From the IMG/VR virus record IMGVR_UViG_3300037808_001410: a DNA stretch of 50,228 bases; one strand, given 5' to 3'. The stretch comes from a virus. The notes beneath the pieces were generated by a model, which was not told the DNA's origin, did no database searches, and worked only from the letters and a program-made list of their open reading frames with translations. Position 1 is the stretch's first letter, and the number at the start of each line of letters is the position of its first letter. Of the stretch, positions 47,538 to 50,228 are shown in pieces. The position numbers and the translations under genes are program-made.

Positions 47538-48025
47538 GAAATCCGAATCCGTTCTTCGTCTGCCTGATCGGCATCGTGGTGATATTCGCACTGATGCTCA
47601 TAGGCATCGATTGCACACCTGTCCAGCAGGGTGGGTCCTTGCCGGGGATGCCGAAGGAGGTTGTAGACCAGTTGGAGCCTGGGACGATCATCGGCGGGAT
47701 CAGTATGACCGATGAGGAGGCCTGGATCATGGCCTACAACAATGGCTGGGAGGGGTGGCTTCCCGCGAACCCGGACACGAGCTGGTACGAGTGGATGGAC
47801 TATCTTCCCGCGAAGCATGACAGCACCAGCGGCGGGGGCATGTGGATGTGCGAGGAGCGGTCGAGGGGTGCGTGGCCTACGCCTTCCGGCTGTGCGAACT
47901 TCTACATCCTCTGGTCGGTGGAGGGCGCAGACACGACGGGCCATCTCTTGATGATCCGACTCCAGGACAACAAGGCGGTCCCCATCTGGATGCCTCACAT
48001 TGCCCGGGCTTACGGGGGTCCCTGA
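47534..48025 (+). CDS. N-terminally anchored membrane or exported protein (163 aa)
   Basis: ORF track. ATGA coupling. The N-terminal hydrophobic helix is FFVCLIGIVVIFALMLIGI. The ectodomain is Trp-rich. Confidence 0.65.
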   Translation: MRNPNPFFVCLIGIVVIFALMLIGIDCTPVQQGGSLPGMPKEVVDQLEPGTIIGGISMTDEEAWIMAYNNGWEGWLPANPDTSWYEWMDYLPAKHDSTSGGGMWMCEERSRGAWPTPSGCANFYILWSVEGADTTGHLLMIRLQDNKAVPIWMPHIARAYGGP

Positions 48026-48026
48026 T

Positions 48027-48422
48027 TTGGCCTACACGGGCGAGAACCAGTGTCACATCTGTGGAGGGGAGAGGGAGGAATCGAGGCGTGATAAGACCCG
48101 GTGTGAGGATTGTGGGAGGAAGGCAGCCGCTGATTCCAAGGCTTATCGGGCTCGGATTCGGGCGAATGGGAATTACCCGCCTTGGCAATTGGAGAGGGAG
48201 AAGAAGCGGGTTCTTTTGCGTCAGATCAAGGAGTTGACGGGTGAGGTTCGGGTGTTGACGGAGGAGAGGAATCTGTTCCGGGACCTGTATGCGGGGGTCC
48301 GGGACGGGTACTGGGAGCGGGAGCATCGGAAGGCCTGGAGGCACATTGATGACCTTGAGGCAGAGATTTCAGAACTGAAACCTGGAGGCGAGGATTCCCA
48401 GCCCACCAAGGAGGAAGCATGA
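48027..48422 (+). CDS. Zinc-ribbon plus coiled-coil protein (about 131 aa; TTG start at 48027 or 48000)
   Basis: ORF track 48000..48422. There is no in-frame ATG. Features are CHICGG...CEDCGRK followed by a heptad-like helix (LLRQIKELTGEVRVLTEERNLFRDL). Confidence 0.5.
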   Translation: MAYTGENQCHICGGEREESRRDKTRCEDCGRKAAADSKAYRARIRANGNYPPWQLEREKKRVLLRQIKELTGEVRVLTEERNLFRDLYAGVRDGYWEREHRKAWRHIDDLEAEISELKPGGEDSQPTKEEA

Positions 48423-48628
48423 GCGACCAAGAGCAGATCACAATGAGCCGTGATGCCCTGCTGTGTGTCTTATGGAGCCTCTGCCTGTCCGACCATATGG
48501 GCGATGTCTGGGATAGCATCGGCCCCCTAACGAAGCTGCTGGACCTGCCGCAGTACTTGGGGGGTGGCGAGTTGCTCGACGAGATGAAGCTCCGGGACTT
48601 GATCCCCGAATACCAGAGGGAGGACTGA
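48419..48628 (+). CDS. Hypothetical protein (69 aa)
   Basis: ORF track. ATGA coupling at 48419-48422. Confidence 0.55.
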   Translation: MSDQEQITMSRDALLCVLWSLCLSDHMGDVWDSIGPLTKLLDLPQYLGGGELLDEMKLRDLIPEYQRED

Positions 48629-48630
48629 TT

Positions 48631-49287
48631 GTGACCCTACTCAAGCCAAACCAGTCACCGCCCGACAACGCAGTGGATTATGTGAAGACGAGCGAGGGAT
48701 TCAGGGGCGGGCTCTACCTGGACGCGGAGGGCTACCCCACTATCGGGTACGGGTGCAGGGTGAGTGACTTGCCGTTTCCGCTGCTGGACAACGCAATGGA
48801 TGACCTTGACGGTTCTGGCGACTGGCTCCCCGAACCCGTAGCCGCCTACTGGCTCCAGCACAGGCTAGAGCAGTGCGTCACTCAGGCCATGGATGACATC
48901 GGGCCTGAAGCGTGGAGGGCGATGGACAGCCCTAGCATCGCGGAGATGCGGAGGTCGCACCTACAGGAGTTCGGCACAGCGTACCCGTGCAATCTCGATG
49001 ATGAGGTGGTTGACGCCTCCCCTCGCCAGACAGCAGTGATGGACTTCAACTACCACAACGGGAGCATGGTCAACTTCCCCGGCCTCAAGGCTGCGATAGC
49101 GGAGCAGGACTGGGAGAGGGCAGCGAAAAACCTGCGCTTTGCCAATGCCCGCTGTGGTGGTGCCGATGACCCGCTCCGCATTATCTCGTCCAGGGAAACC
49201 GCCTACTACACCAAGCACACCAAGAGGGCAGAGCGCAACATGTGGTGCCTGAGAACTGGAGCCTTCCCACCGGAGGAGATGTGGTGA
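48631..49287 (+). CDS. GH24 (T4/lambda-type) lysozyme, endolysin candidate (218 aa)
   Basis: ORF track. GTG 48631 follows AGGGAGGA. The catalytic pattern SEGFRGGLYLDAEGYPTIGYG gives E..D..T spacing as in T4 lysozyme. Confidence 0.85.
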   Translation: MTLLKPNQSPPDNAVDYVKTSEGFRGGLYLDAEGYPTIGYGCRVSDLPFPLLDNAMDDLDGSGDWLPEPVAAYWLQHRLEQCVTQAMDDIGPEAWRAMDSPSIAEMRRSHLQEFGTAYPCNLDDEVVDASPRQTAVMDFNYHNGSMVNFPGLKAAIAEQDWERAAKNLRFANARCGGADDPLRIISSRETAYYTKHTKRAERNMWCLRTGAFPPEEMW

Positions 49288-49607
49288 TCCACTATCACGG
49301 CACACCATGCGGCGGGTCTGGGGTCGATGCGGCGAAGTTTCTGCAAGGTCGCCACGCTCTTATCTCGTTCCAGGCACCACAAGACCTCGCCATCGCCGCC
49401 GAAGTGTGCCAGTCTTTCTGTCTCGACAGCGGGGCGTATACAGTCTGGAGGCAGGGGGGGTTGCTGGCCAAGATGCTGAGAGAGGGAAACATCGGCTTCA
49501 TCAAGTACCCGGAAGAGGGGCCGGAATGGCATGAGCCGAGGATCGCAAAGATGGAGAAGGTCGAAGGAGGCTGGGCCTTCCGAGTGATCTATCCGTACCT
49601 GGATTAG
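49281..49607 (+). CDS. Short DpdA-N-terminal-like protein (108 aa), possibly a truncated paralogue
   Basis: ORF track 49242..49607. GTG 49281/49284 follows GGAGGAG. The sequence VVIHYHGTPCGG...ALISFQAP...CLDSGAYTVWRQGG parallels KIFFVASASVGH...YLMSFAYW...IVDSGAFTYLNAQGG of the 39289..40302 protein. Confidence 0.45.
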   Translation: MVIHYHGTPCGGSGVDAAKFLQGRHALISFQAPQDLAIAAEVCQSFCLDSGAYTVWRQGGLLAKMLREGNIGFIKYPEEGPEWHEPRIAKMEKVEGGWAFRVIYPYLD

Positions 49608-49714
49608 GGAGTTGTCATCTTAACAAGAAGAGGCATGAAGGTGTCCCGTAGGGGGCGGGGAGGGGGCCTTGGAAAATGCTTGCGGGGAATCTTGGCACGG
49701 GACCTGCTCTTAAG

Positions 49715-49781
49715 ATCTTCTCTTAATCTTCTCTTCTTCTTCTTCTTAAAATCGCTTTGTCTTTTTCAGAGAAGAGAAGAA
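49715..49781 (+). repeat. Polypyrimidine tract with ATCTTCTCTT x2 and (CTT)n, plus the inverted purine partner AGAGAAGAGAAGAA
   Basis: Read directly. ATCTTCTCTT occurs at 49715 and 49726, followed by cttcttcttctt to about 49747. The purine arm lies at 49768-49781, which gives a 10-11 bp inverted repeat and mirror symmetry. Confidence 0.8.
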
Positions 49782-49810
49782 CACAGAGATATACTCAGAT
49801 AAGGAGAGGG

Positions 49811-49834
49811 GAGTTATCCACAGAGTTATCCACA
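49811..49834 (+). promoter_or_regulatory. Two perfect tandem DnaA boxes (GAGTTATCCACA x2)
   Basis: TTATCCACA occurs at 49814-49822 and 49826-49834. It is identical to the E. coli-type DnaA-box consensus. The boxes lie in a ~500-nt non-coding region beside the AT/pyrimidine-rich tract. Confidence 0.7.
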
Positions 49835-50067
49835 TTTCCCCTTTCTTGACCGGATGGCCCTGAGGGGCCAAGAGAAGACACAGGAGGACCTTTTTTGAAA
49901 AAGATACCCAGAGGGTCATCTGGAGGATTCAAATCGACCCTGGGGCAAATGAGAGGCCTGGAGAGGGTGTCTGTAGAGAATCCGAAAGGTGTCCACCAGA
50001 AGGCGGTGGGGTTACATTTGGGAGGCATTGCTGGAACACGGGGACAGTCGCTAGGTCACAGATGCCT

Positions 50068-50133
50068 TGAAAATATCCGGTTTCTCACATACCCCACATA
50101 AGAAAATATCCGGTTTCTCACATACCCCACATA
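50068..50133 (+). repeat. 33-bp perfect tandem direct repeat x2 (GAAAATATCCGGTTTCTCACATACCCCACATAA); the second copy equals nt 1-33
   Basis: 50068-50100 and 50101-50133 are identical by eye. There is no spacer and the tract is non-coding. It abuts the terminator hairpin at 45-75 in the circular map. Confidence 0.9.
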
Positions 50134-50228
50134 AGGCATAAAATAATGCCTCCCCCCATGCATCAGGGGGAGGCATATCAACCAATTAATATCCTAATGC
50201 ACCCAACACATTGACCACCATCAGGAGA

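Noticed and set aside
49915-49945. tRNA-like T-loop string GGATTCAAATC
   Set aside because: The flanks cannot form a 5-bp T-stem, and no acceptor or anticodon arms can be drawn. No tRNA was found anywhere by eye.
50068-50133. 33-bp repeats as a possible CRISPR array
   Set aside because: There are only two copies, they are directly abutting with no spacer, and there are no cas genes.

Overview
The window is one complete tailed-phage genome. Nt 1-127 recur verbatim at 50101-50227, so the unit length is 50100 bp and the contig is circularly closed or permuted. I found no rRNA, tRNA, CRISPR array, integrase, transposase or DNA polymerase. Coding density is high and most genes lie on the minus strand.

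Layout:
- Late leftward operon (about 47160 to 14072). It opens with a 12-gene cassette in which 7-deazaguanine synthesis genes (FolE, QueD, QueE, a QueC-like protein, a DpdA-like transglycosylase) are interleaved with, and translationally coupled to, three GT-B glycosyltransferases, one GT-A glycosyltransferase, a TagD-like cytidylyltransferase, a LicD-like phosphotransferase and a tentative TIM-barrel hydrolase-like protein.
- The operon continues with ParB-like, TerS, TerL, a portal-MuF fusion, a cupin, three small membrane proteins, a Mu-I-like protease/scaffold, a decoration protein, a lambda-E-like capsid protein, another glycosyltransferase, neck proteins (one fused to a glycosidase-like propeller), tail tube, G/GT chaperones with a -1 frameshift, tape measure, tail tip and fibre proteins, a beta-helix spike and an M15 peptidase.
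- Early leftward operon (13821 to 6172): RHH, Rad52-like annealase, SSB, Lar-like, RepO-like, RuvC-like, LexA-type wHTH, XRE-type HTH and small proteins.
- Rightward modules: 1514-3523 (seven small ORFans), 4580-5344 (RadC-like JAB protein plus two mini-ORFs), 5443-5880 (histone-H1-like protein with its own promoter and terminator), and 47274-49607 (membrane protein, GH24 lysozyme, a short second DpdA-N-terminal-like ORF).
- Two long non-coding regions carry dense repeats: 812-1465 (iteron-like) and 49608-50100 (two perfect tandem DnaA boxes, a polypyrimidine mirror repeat and a 33-bp tandem repeat).

The best candidate for a new system is the deazaguanine/glycosyl/CDP-alcohol hybrid cassette at 39289-47160. 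It suggests a sugar- or phospho-alditol-decorated 7-deazaguanine in DNA, which as far as I know has not been described.

All functional calls come from motifs read by eye in the supplied translations. No database search was run.
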